Under the pieces are notes generated by a model. The model ran no database searches, was not told the origin of the DNA, and worked only from the letters and a program-made list of their open reading frames with translations. Source: Haliotis rufescens (Eukaryota). From it: a stretch of DNA of 64,000 bases. The stretch lies in assembly GCF_023055435.1 (NCBI RefSeq), contig NW_025964223.1, forward strand, positions 43,896,001 to 43,960,000, written 5' to 3'. Below are positions 50,355-62,130 of the stretch, in pieces; positions within the stretch are counted from its first letter, which is position 1, and every line of letters starts with the position of its first letter. Made by a program: the position numbers and the translations under genes.

Positions 50355-52282
50355 AAGTGAACAAAAACCTTATGTATTATGTTAATGGTGTTCGCAATGA
50401 AACTTTAATTTTGCTTCCTCAAAATCCAAAAAAATGTATTTTCTATAAATAGGAAGAACCCGTGTAATAGTATTCTGATTTCGCAAGATCCAGGAAATTA
50501 TTTCTTTATAATGATATTTATATTCTACGGGGCATTCACATCACATCCTCAAGGGGAATTTCAAAACAATTGAAGACAATAGTATTGATGCTTCGCTTTC
50601 ATTTCAGCAGGCCAGCTAAAGATAGATTGTTTTGAGCCAAACACTAACAGTTCCACAACTACCCCTCTTTCAACAACCTCGGTTTCAACATCTTCGTCGA
50701 CATTAACTACAACCACTTCTCCCAAAACAACAGCAGTAACGACAACTACAGAGATACGTATATCCACACAAAAGCCTACCACAGAGACACAACTTCCAAC
50801 CTCCATTACTCCTCAAGGACAAACGACATCTTTGTCGACTGGTGTAACTGCAGGGGCAGAGACTACTAAAGCTACTACAACTCAGATCCCAAAGAAAAGC
50901 TTTCCAGGTACAAATTTCTTAAAATGTTTATTACTCATGTGGTTTGAAGCGTGATTGCTGCAAACCCTATCATGGTTGAAGGTATGTAGATAACACAGTT
51001 ATTTCTATAGAGGGCACCAATTCTTTCCTACACCTAAAATTAACAAGACGATTTGTATTGTTCATACTCATTTTACAAAATATTTGTCATAAGTCATGCA
51101 TGACACACTCGTGGATATAGTGCCCGCATTATATGCCCTTATTTTCCTGCCATCGGTAGACAGGTTTTCCTGGAATAGTTTTTTCAACTCAATAATAAAA
51201 TATGTTCATGTACTGGTGAAAAGTATTATTGAATGTTCCTTGAAACTTCATTGTATTAAGGGAATGTTTCCTTGATGTCTAAACCAGGAAATACAATATT
51301 TCAGTTACACTGCAGTGTTTCATTATAATCCGAGAAGAAAACCCAAAGTGATGCTCGTGGTAGGTTACGGGTGTAATGTGAGGCACAGAAGCATCCACCA
51401 AGGGTCATAATCAAAACATATCTGTACATATAACACTTCGGAGCAGTCCTTGGATCTTGGCAGTAACTAATATATGAGACAGATTCGTCCCGTGTCTCCA
51501 CATAGTAAGGTGTTATAATGTCTGTGATTGTGATATCATTATGGGTTTTATCGCAGGTGGTATCTTTGCTGCCGGACTTGCTACAGGTGTCGTGCTGGTC
51601 GTCATTGCTGGTGGACTATACGTCGCCATATCAAGGTACAGACATTGAAGCCAACTGACTCTATAAATGTATGCTTTGTCAACACCAATGGTCAAGGCTG
51701 ATCGGTACATGTAGACAAACATGGAGATTCTATGTAACAGTTGTTCGAAGTGGATAATGTTACTTTAATTAAACATGATTAATAATGGTTTGTTTTGCAG
51801 AAGATGGTGTAGGTCCCGCCACGAGAAGTCTGATGACATTCCAGTCTCTGAAGTCCACCCCACCTACTCAGGGCTCAAACCCAGAACACAGGAGCCGAGT
51901 AACACCTATGACATAATAGATCCAAATCCCTCAAAGGGCACAGCAAATCCATACATCAATGTGACATAGATATACTGCAATTTGTTTTGCATCTTGTTTA
52001 ACGAGAGAAGGGTTAATTTAGTAGCCCTGGTTACCACAATTATTTTAACATTGATTGGATGCATCTAACATATTCAGTCTCAGTGTATGTTGTGTGTATA
52101 TGAACAACCGCGTACGTTCAAATCTGGAGCCTGTGTTTCACAATGCGTGGATATGGACATCCGTACATGTGCATGTAGATCCAGGACTTTGTACCACACG
52201 CCATGACTAATAAGGACATTACGTGCACTGCAAATCAAATACATGCCTACGCCTAAAGTTGAAATCCAAAAGAGAGTTAACG

Positions 52283-52440
52283 CAGCGAGTGAGAGCTCTG
52301 GTTTTTACGCCAACTGTAGCAACTGTAACATCTTGGCAGGGGACACCAAGGCTTCACACACTGTATCCATGTGGGAATCAAATATGGACCTTTGGCGTGA
52401 CGACCGTATGCTTTAACATCTAGGCTATTCCATCGCCCCG
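52283..52440 (-). mobile_element. SINE family 1, degenerate, 3' of C2
   Basis: Same insertion is present 3' of C3 at ~59330-59490. Confidence 0.7.
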
Positions 52441-54350
52441 AACACAGTGGATCCTGGTCACATGCACAGGAATAATTCATAATATCATTACACGTTGTTC
52501 ATGTGTCCAGATACTTGTCAACGTCTGTGGGTATTCGTTATCATTCTTGTGGAAGGGAAAACTAAGGTCGTCATTGGCATGCAAAAGAAGTCCATCTTTT
52601 ATTAATTTGATTATTGGCTAACAGTTTTTCGTTCGTCTTGTTCAAACATAATGATTCATTGTCTTTTCTCACCACACAACATTGACCTTAGCGCCGTGTT
52701 GCTTCATGGCATCGAGAATATAGACTGTCTATATAGGATGAGGCCATGCAGTATGATAATACCCGTTAGTGTTAAAGAGCGATGTTTGTAGAGATGTTTC
52801 TGAGTAGAAAGGGAGATTCTGATCACTTGCACAGGAACAATTCATAATATTATTTCACGTTGTTCTGTGTCTTAATACTTGTCAACGTCCGTGGAACTAA
52901 TGTCGTCATTGTCATACCGAACAAGTCAATCGTTTACTAATTTGATTATAGGCGAACAGTTTTTCGTTCGTCTTGTTCAAACATTCAATCATTATGTCTT
53001 TTCTTACCACATGAGGCCATGCAGTGTGGTAATACCAGTTAGTGTTATAGAGTCATGTTTGGACGGGACGGATGACCAAGTTGTCCACGAAGGCGCAATG
53101 GTTTACCAGCCCACACTCGTTAGTTTCACCAAAGCTGTAACACTTGCATCACATTGGGCGTTTCTCTCATACAGTTCAAAGCAGAGTTAACTCTGCGATA
53201 ACCCTATAACACTACTTTCTTATTTCAACAGGGTACAACACAACTTTATAACTACTAGTATTACATTGATATAATCACAACATGATTGTTTTATATAAGG
53301 GATCAACAACGTCCCAAAATGTGATTGAATACACACGAAGAGGAATATTTATCTAACGAAATACTGGCATACGGACGTTAACGTCTAGTTCTGTTTATAC
53401 ACATACGGCAACATAGCTATACAAGTAGTAACAATGACACATGTTTGACATCGTATCTATTATACACTTACTTCCTGCTGGTAGTAAACATTACCGTACA
53501 TTTCTGTACTTTGTATTCCCAAGGCTGTAACATGGGCGTATACTAGTATGTCACCACCGGCCGTGTCCTTGGAGTGCTTTTAACGATCTATAATAAACTC
53601 CTTGACTGACGCATGTTTATGGGAGACTAAACAAGAATAAACCTGGTGTAAATGGAGGTTTTATGTGATACTCGCTATGGAGATTAAGCGTGACATAAAC
53701 TAAAAGCTGGCCTGTTTAAGTGATGCAAACGGCAAGGAGGGCAACAGATGAGGGTGAGGAAGTAGTGGAAACGGTGTACATAGTACTGGGTAATTATAAA
53801 ACAAACAAGTCTGTGCTGTTTCACATGAAGGATTGTTTGTGTTTTGAGGCATGTTCGTGTACCTATTTCTGTGCAACAATAAAAAACGAGTTGTTTCTAG
53901 TAGATATTCTTTGACTAAATATCTTGATGTGTTTACGATTCTTTACGAAGTCGGAATTCAGAATGATTAAATTGACAATTCTTGAAATAGAGACAAGAAT
54001 TTTGTTTTGTTTCTTCGTTAATCTGGACCCGACTAGTCCGGAAATCCAATCCTCTAAAACATTATACTGTAGTCAATATTACATAACCCTGAAAATGTCT
54101 ACTCGGGCGATTGTTAGGAAAGGTACAGTTTGGAATAACAAGGTTTCACTGAAAATGTTTGTGGGATATCAGATTATACACAAAAGCGAGACTGGTTATC
54201 ATACAAAGACCAATAGTATTTGTAACAAGGCCACTGGGACATAACTCAAAGGTTGCTATCCATGATCCCACAACCATCAACTTCCTGGTTGAGTGTGAAT
54301 GTCACCTTACGTATTTCACTACAGAGAAGAACATCTAAAATGTGATCATC

Positions 54351-57300
54351 ATGGACGTCTTGTTGACTCTCGTTGTCCTCACACTGCCGTCAGTAAGCTC
54401 ATGTAAGAACTCAGCCATATGCTGGTAATTATGTTTAACTTATACACTATGTAATAGGCGCTCAGTCAACATTGCTCTTCATGTGTCAGGTATTGGCTTT
54501 GTACGTATGTCACCCATACATTATTAGGTCATCTAACTATGTGAAATTTATCTTTTAACACGTGAGTAGATGTCCGAGTTGCCCATACAGACCCAGGATA
54601 GATTTCACGGTTTTATTTGTTGAACGAGTTCATTGCAGTACATATGCTAAGTGTTCTATCAAATTTGAGACTCTTCTGTGTTGTTGGTCAGAGAACATAA
54701 TAAGATCTCCAATATACATGAAGTTAAATTACGATTCGATTGCTTACCCAGCCGCCGAGACCAAAATAGTCAAAATAATAGGCTATTTATATTGCGCATA
54801 TTTCCACACCACTGCTCAAAGCGCTATTATTACCCCGGTCACTGGATCAATGTGCACTTAAGAATCATTCCCAGCTCCCTGGGGAGTATACAACCCAAGA
54901 TGCCTGCTAGAAGGTTAACAACCACATGTTCATCTCATCCTTTCGGGTACCCATTCACTGCTGGGTGGAAAGAGGCACATTTCGAAAAAGGTCACTTGCC
55001 CAAGGAGACGCCACATGTGTTATATGTGCTTCAGGCTAAGGCAGAACGGAAGTCCTAGAAACTGTCAGGAGCCAAGCTGCCGAAACGCGGTCACCCATTC
55101 AAGGACGCTCCGCGACCGACGCTGATAGCCTATCTCTTTCCAATAGATCGTATCCTTATTAACAGTATGTATACCACCCGACGATGTTTCATAGACTCAA
55201 TGAGTAATATGTAAAATTGTAAACTTGCACATATATGATGAGTTCATTTGACTTAATTCCACCCCGTCCTGTTTTCTACGTCCCATTTCCAATACGTCTA
55301 AATGTGGAAGTTGTAACACCATAGTGTACTTCTAAGCCATGCCAGTGTCGCTTCATTTTCCCAAGCGCGAAACGAGTGTGTTTTAATTCCTGCAATATAT
55401 TTTTCATAATTATCCCTGTTAGGTGATTTAAATATGGTGGTAAAATGTGTGCGTTGTGTAAGCGAACATTCTGGGAAATATAGCCGATCTGTGATTGTTA
55501 CTGATTCCTGAATTCTTACATACAAAATACAGTCGACTGTGTCAAAGGGAGTCACTCATCACTTCTACTATAACCAAAGAGAATGTGTTTGCTGAGATAT
55601 TGCTGATACGACATTAATTGTACCTCACCCACTTAGAACACAGAAGTATCATTATAATAATCTCCTTAAAATCAAATCTTTTACTCCGTAATTCTCGTGA
55701 TAGGAGGTCGAATCAGGTGATCAGGTGTTACTTGAAAAGGAACATAATCGAGGAGATCCGATTGCTAAAAAGAGTAAAGCCGCGCTAATACATAGTTGTG
55801 GACATTTTAAACATTATGGCATCTACACCCAAAAGGGTGCATTAATCGTGGGTCATTTTGTTTTCTGTGGTGGATTTCTTTTGCTGAGATCGAAATTTCC
55901 GAATGTTGGTGATAGAAAAATAACCCATATGTGTAAGAGAAAGCTGACATCTAACTTGCCCTCGCATACTTTATCAGTTTGATTGGGCGGTCACAACTCG
56001 CTCAGGGTTCACCTGACGCCACCTTCTGTTGGGTATCGGAGTAGAAAATCTGATTTAAGTGAGATTGATATACATAAGGAAACTCAGTAGGTAAAATCTC
56101 TGTCACTCACTTAGAAAACAGAAATAACATTATCTTTACTCCTACACGATTCCTCTCTGCGTGGAGATCTGAGACAGGTGGTCGAGTCAGGTGAACTTTC
56201 TAATCAACCAATCAGCGTCGAGGCTGCCATATTCTCGGCACCAGTGACAAAAGCATTCAGACAAGCAAATTTGATTTCTGTTACTCGAAAACGAATATAA
56301 CTGAGGAGTTCCGTAGCCAAAATGTATAACCGCACTATTGCTGTTGTGGATATGTTGAACATCCACCCGTTTCTGAGCGCCATGACATCTATACCCAAAC
56401 CGGGGCACTATCGAGGGAATTTTTGTTTTCTATGGTTGTACAGAAACGAAGTGGAACATAAATAAAGCAGATACCTCTTACAAAACTTACACATGAACGT
56501 CTCACGCATCCTAATTGTGTTTATTGGTACCGTCTGCGGAGATGTATGGGAGTAAACTTGAGTGAGACTGATATATACAAAGAAACCCAGTAGTTATAAA
56601 CACGACTGTAACACTACGCACTGATCTTTGTCATACATCAAATCATTTATGACACTGGTTATTGTCTTCTACCAACTGAATTGTCTTATGATATAAACAT
56701 GATATTTAGAATCTGACGAAAAGTATTAACATAATGTGTTTTTTCGGTATGGATATCGGCGTATGTGTACATGATGTACTGTATTTCCGTGTAACTGTAG
56801 GGTGTGACCGTTAAAACATAATTTGTATTTACTGTCAAGGTCTACAGACATGCTCCTCTGGGACAGAGACAGGCTCCAACCAAATCCTACTGGATGTGTC
56901 TACAACACAGATCAACACAGGGGGAGAGATGTGTTACTGTAGACTGATCGTGTCACAGACAACACAGGTGGAGATGTTCCCTACTAGCTTGACAGAACAA
57001 TGTGATATATCCATAACCATAAAGAAGTGGAGGACTAGTTCACAGTGTACAAATGGTGCTGCTCAAACTATACCTGGACAGACTCACACTGTCAACACCA
57101 GTGAGGAGATATGGATACTGGTGGTGGCTACAAGACCTGGAGCCAGAGGACTGTTAGGACAGCTGCAGTTCAGGCTTAAATCGTCATCAGGTAAGAAATA
57201 TGAGGGCTCAAAAATGATCGAATTGATTATATTGTTTTGACATAAAAATGTATTAATAATATACATTTGGATATAGATGTATATATTCCATTTAAAAAGA

Positions 57301-59019
57301 AAAACGGGTAGACAATGTACTACACATGGAGTTGTTCAAACTGCACCAGCTCAGTCTCTCACCGTCAACACTGCTGAGTAGATATGGATACTGGTGGTGG
57401 CTACTTGGTCTGGATACAGAGGACTTTCAGGACAGCTGCAGTTAAAACTTAAGGCAACTTTAGAAGTGAACAAAAACCTTATGTATTATGTTCATGGTGT
57501 TCGCAGTTAAATTTTAATTTTCACATCATAACCCCAAGGGGATTCTCAAAACAATTAAAGACAAATAGTATTGATGCTTCGTTTTCATTTCAACAGGCCA
57601 GCTGAACATAGAGTGTTTCGAGCCAAACACTAACAGTTCCACTTCAACAGGCTCGCTTTCAACAAAAACGTTGACATTTACCATTACAACTTCTCCCAAA
57701 ACAACAGCAGTAACGACAACTACAGAGAGACTTACATCTACACCCCCGCATACCACAGAGACACTGCGACCAACCGCCATCACTCCTCAAGGACAGACCA
57801 CATCTGTGTCTACTGGATTAACTGCAGGGCCAGGGACTACTAAAGCGACATTCACTACAACTCAGATCTCCATGAAAGGATGTCAATCGCGTAACAATGA
57901 CTTTCCAGGTACAACTTCCTAAATGTTTCTACGCATATGGTTCAAAGCGTGGCACGCACTCATGCATGTAATGCCCACATGATATGCCCTTATGTTTCTG
58001 CAATCGGTAAATAGATTATTCAGCAATGGTTTTATCAACTCAATGATAAAATATGTTCATGCACTGGTGAAAAATATGCATTCAATGTTCCTTGAAACTT
58101 CATTGTATTAAGGGAATATTTCCGTGATGTCTGAACCAGGAAATGACAATATTTCAGTTACACTGCAGTGTGTAATTATAATCCGAGAAGAAAACCCAAA
58201 GTGATGCTCGTGGTAGATTACAGTGAGTGAGTGAGTATGGTTTTACGCCGCGTATAGTAATATTCTAGCAATATCACGGCGGGGGACACCAGAAATTGGC
58301 TTCACACATTGTACCCATGTCGGGAATCGAACCCGGGTCTTTGGCGTGACGAGCGAATGTTTTAACCACTAGGCTACCCGATCGCGCCTGTGGTAGATTA
58401 CAGGTATAATGTGAAGCACAGAAGCATCAATATCTTACTGACAAACCAAGGTTCATAATCGAAAAACATCATGCTGTACATATAACACTTCGGAGCAGTC
58501 CTTGGATCTTGGAAGTAATTAAGACATGATACAGATTCATCCGGAGTGTCCACATAGTAAGGTGTTATAATGTCTGTGATTGAGACAACATTATGGGTTT
58601 TATTGCAGGTGGTATCTTTGCTGCTGGAGTTGCTACAGGTGCCGTGCTGGTCGTCATTGCTGGTGCACTATACGTCGTCACATCAAGGTACAGACATTGA
58701 AGCCAAATGACTCTAAATGTATGTTTTGTCAACACCAATGGTCAAGGCTGATCGGTACATGTAGACAAACAGGGAGATTATATGTGGCCGTTGATAGAAG
58801 TGGACAATGTTGCATTAATTATACATGATTAATTATGGTTTGTTTTACAGAAGATGGTGGAGGTCCCGCCATGAGAAGTCTGATGACATTCCAGTCTCTG
58901 AAGTCCACCCCACCTACTCAGGGCTCAAACCCAGAACACAGGAGCCGAGTAACACCTATGACATAATAGATCAAAACCCCTCAAAGGGCACAGCCAATCC
59001 ATACATCAATGTGACATAG
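54351..59019 (+). CDS. Receptor C3: complete type I membrane protein with ITAM-like tail, predicted 320 aa
   Basis: Exons 54351-54402 (signal), 56840-57190 (ectodomain), 57597-57908 (Thr-rich mucin stalk), 58609-58687 (TM GGIFAAGVATGAVLVVIAGALYVV), 58851-59019 (tail ...TYSGLKPRTQEPSNTYDII...NPYINVT*). Sum is 963 nt = 321 codons. Confidence 0.85.
54825..55140 (-). mobile_element. Paralogous copy of the 5S-like SINE (C3 intron 1)
   Basis: Near-identical to 47228-47570. Confidence 0.55.
56840..57190 (+). CDS. C3 ectodomain exon
   Basis: Overlaps ORF 56896-57240; G|gtaaga donor. Confidence 0.85.
57312..57463 (+). pseudogene. Degenerate intronic copy of the 3' half of the ectodomain exon (C3 intron 2)
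   Basis: GVVQTAPAQSLTVNTAE*IWILVVAT...GLSGQLQLKLK, with the same TAG as the C2 copy. Confidence 0.7.
58224..58388 (-). mobile_element. SINE family 1 in C3 intron 3
   Basis: 14-bp TSD gtggtagattacag; empty site in C2 at ~51357. Confidence 0.92.
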
Positions 59020-59329
59020 ATATACTGCAATTTGTTTTGCATCTTGTTTAACGAGAGAAGGGTTAATCTTGTACCCCTGTTACCACAATTATTTAAACAT
59101 TGATTGGATGCATCTAACATATTCAGTCTCAGTGTATGTTGTGTGTATATGAACAACCGCGTACGTTCAAATCTGGAGCCTGTGTTTCACAATGTGTGGA
59201 TATGGACTTCCGTACATGTGCATGTAGATCCAGGACTTTGTACCACACGCCATGACTAATAAGGACATTACGTGCACTGCAAATCAAATACATGCCTACG
59301 CCTGAAGTTGAAATCCAAGAGAGTTAACG

Positions 59330-59490
59330 GAGCGAGTGAGAGATCTGGGTCTTATGCCAACTGTAGCAATATTCCAACAACATCTTGGCGGGCGACACCA
59401 AGGCTTCACACATTGTATCCATGTAGGAATCGAACATGGACCTTTGGCGTGACGACTGTATGCTTTAACCACTAGGCTATCCCATCGCCC
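59330..59490 (-). mobile_element. SINE family 1, degenerate, 3' of C3
   Basis: Equivalent insertion to 52283-52440. Confidence 0.7.
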
Positions 59491-60459
59491 CGAACACAGT
59501 GGATCCTGATGACATAGACAGGAATAATTCATATTTAATATTATTACACGTTGTTCATGTGTCTTCATTCTTGTCACCGTCTGTTGATATCCGTTACCAT
59601 TCTTGTGGAAGGGAGAACTAATGTCGTCATGGTCATACCGAACAAGTCAATCGTTTACTAATTTGATTATAGGCGAACAGTTTTTCGTTCGTCTTGTTCA
59701 AACATTCAATGTCTTTTCTCAACACACAACATTGACTTTAGCGCCGTGATGCTGCTTTGCATCAAGTATATAGACTGTCTATATAGGATGAGGCCTTGCA
59801 GTGTGGTAATACCGGTTAGTGTTATAGAGTCATGGTTGTATATAGGCCTTCTGAATAGAAAGGGAAATCGAAGGTCGGATGACCAAGTCGTCCAAGGCGG
59901 CGGAATGGTTTGTCAGCCCACACTCGTGAGTTTCACCAAAGCTGCAATATTGCATCACATTGGGCGTTCCTCTCATACAGTTCAAAGCAGAGTTTACCCC
60001 ACGATTACCCTATAATTCTTCTTTCCAAATTCTATTTCAACACACTAGTTTATGCCTATTACATTGATAATCACAACATTATTGTTTTATATAAGGGATC
60101 AACAACGTCCCAAACACGAGGAGGACTACTTATCTAAAGAAATACTAACATTAGGACGTTAACGTCTAGTTCTGTTTATACACATAAGGCAGCACAGCTA
60201 TACAAGAAGTAACAATGACACATGCTTGACGTCGTTTCATGCTTGACGTATATGTCATCACCGGCTGTGTCCTCAGAGTGCTGTTAATGATCTATAAGAA
60301 ACTCAGTGACTGACGCATGTGTATGTGAGATTTAACTGGAATAAATCTCGTGTACTTTCAGGTTTCATGTCAGACTCACCTGGTAGATAAGGCGTGACAC
60401 AAACTCACCTATAGCTGATCTTTTTAAATGATGAAAACGGTAAGGATGGTCAACAGATG

Positions 60460-60752
60460 AGTGAGTGAGTGAGTGAGTGAGTGAGTGTGTTGGGTTTAAC
60501 GCCGCTTTTAACAGTATTCCAGTTATCTCACGCCGTGTCAACTTAATGTGTCAGGAAAGCTCGAAGTGATGCAGGTCTCAGACGTTTACCACTTCGGTGA
60601 AATCCACGAGGACGGTTGTGGTGCGGAAAGGTAGAAACATAATCTAGGCGAACCGGGATTCGAACCCACAATCATAGGTTTCTGGTGTGCCCAAGAGCCG
60701 CAACTCTGCACAGGGAATCGGGGCGCCTTAGACGAATGGGCCATCCGTACCC
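60460..60752 (-). mobile_element. SINE family 3 upstream of C4
   Basis: Reverse complement of 26419-26695; absent at the paralogous sites near 46170 and 53748. Confidence 0.82.
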
Positions 60753-61375
60753 CTTAAGATGAGGATTAGGAAGTAGTGGAAACGGTGTACAGAGTACTGA
60801 GTAAGCATAAGACAAACAAATCTGTGCTGTTTCACATGAAGGATTGTTGGTGTTTTGAGGTATGTTCGTGTACCTATTTCTGTGCAGCAACAAAAAGCGA
60901 GTTATTTCGATTACATATTCTTTGACTAGATATCTAGATTCGTTTACTAAGCATTATGAAATCGACAATTCTTGAAATAGAGAGGTCCGATATAGAACAT
61001 ATCCCTTCATGCATGCCAATATACATATACACTCTTCTTCGTTAATCTGGACCCGACTGGTACGGAAATCCAACCCTCTAAAACATTATACTGTAGTCAA
61101 TATTACATAACCCTGAAAATGTCTACCCGGGCGTTATATTAGGAAAGGTACAGTCGGGAATAACAAGACTTTGCTGAAAATGTTTCTTGGATATCAGATT
61201 ATACACAAAAGCGAGATTGGTGGCCATACAAAGACCAATAGCATTTGTTACAAAGCCACTGGGGCATAACTCAAAGGCTGCTATCGAGGATACCACAGCC
61301 ATCAACTTCCTGGTTGGATACGAATGTCACCAGACGTATTTCACTACAGAGAAGTACATCTAAAATTAGATTATC

Positions 61376-61427
61376 ATGGACGTCTTGTTGACTCTCGTTG
61401 TCCTCACACTGCCGTCAGTAACCTCAG
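61376..61427 (+). CDS. Receptor C4 signal-peptide exon (rest of gene expected beyond window)
   Basis: MDVLLTLVVLTLPSVTS G|gtaaga, near-identical to exon 1 of C1-C3 with the same upstream block. Confidence 0.75.
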
Positions 61428-61726
61428 GTAAGAATTCAGCCATGTACTAGCAATTATGTTTAACTTATACACTATGTAATAGGCGCTCAGTTAACATTGC
61501 GCTTCACGTGTCAGGTATTTGGTTTTGTACGTATGCCACCCATACATTATTAGGTCATCTACCTATGTGAAATCTATCTATAAACACGTGAGTAGATGTC
61601 CGAGTTGCCCATAAAGACCCAGGATAGTTTTCACGTTTTTATTTGTTGAACGAGTTCATTGCAGTACATATGCTAAGTATTCTATAAAATTTGAGACTCT
61701 TTCGTGTTGTTTGGCCAGAGAACATA

Positions 61727-62130
61727 CACAGCAAAAAAAATGCAGTTTCCGGTATCCGGATACCTGCCGGATACCACCGGACACTTACCCAAAACGCGTC
61801 CGGGTATCCGGTGGCAGATACCTTGCCGGATACCAGATCCGTGGTATCCGGCATGGACACCTCACCTGAAAGTATGCCACCTGGAATCCGGGTATCCGGC
61901 ACCGGATACCTCACCGGATACCTCAATCTGGGTGTCCAAGGATCCGCACCGGATACCAAGAATCCGGCACCGGATACCTCATTCTGAGTTTCCAAAAACA
62001 TGTCACAATTTGGGGGTGCATTTTGTTCAATTAAGTGTGAAACACCTAAATATATATTGGAAACTAACCATGAAAATTGAACATTGCTGAAGGTATCCGG
62101 CAGGTATCCGGCAGGTATCCGGATGCAATT
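61727..62130. mobile_element. Left end of a CACTA/EnSpm-like DNA transposon inserted in C4 intron 1
   Basis: Homology to C3 intron 1 stops exactly at gaacaTA|CACAGCAAAAAAAA, followed by many subterminal ccggatacc/ggtatccgg repeats in both orientations. Confidence 0.65.

Larger units (their letters stand above)
46814..51969 (+). pseudogene. Receptor C2: probable pseudogene (nonsense codon in signal-peptide exon)
   Basis: Exons 46814-46865, 49753-50100, 50611-50907, 51557-51635, 51801-51969 are open except TAA at 46862-46864, where C1, C3 and C4 have TCA. Confidence 0.75.
45690..61726 (+). repeat. Tandem segmental duplication units (~7 kb) carrying C2, C3 and the start of C4
   Basis: Anchor cacaacat.attgtttt recurs at ~45700, ~53277 and ~60072, with collinear high-identity blocks throughout. 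Confidence 0.9.

Noticed and set aside
61639-62090. Overlapping Pro/Gly-rich ORFs
   Set aside because: Translation of transposon subterminal repeats.
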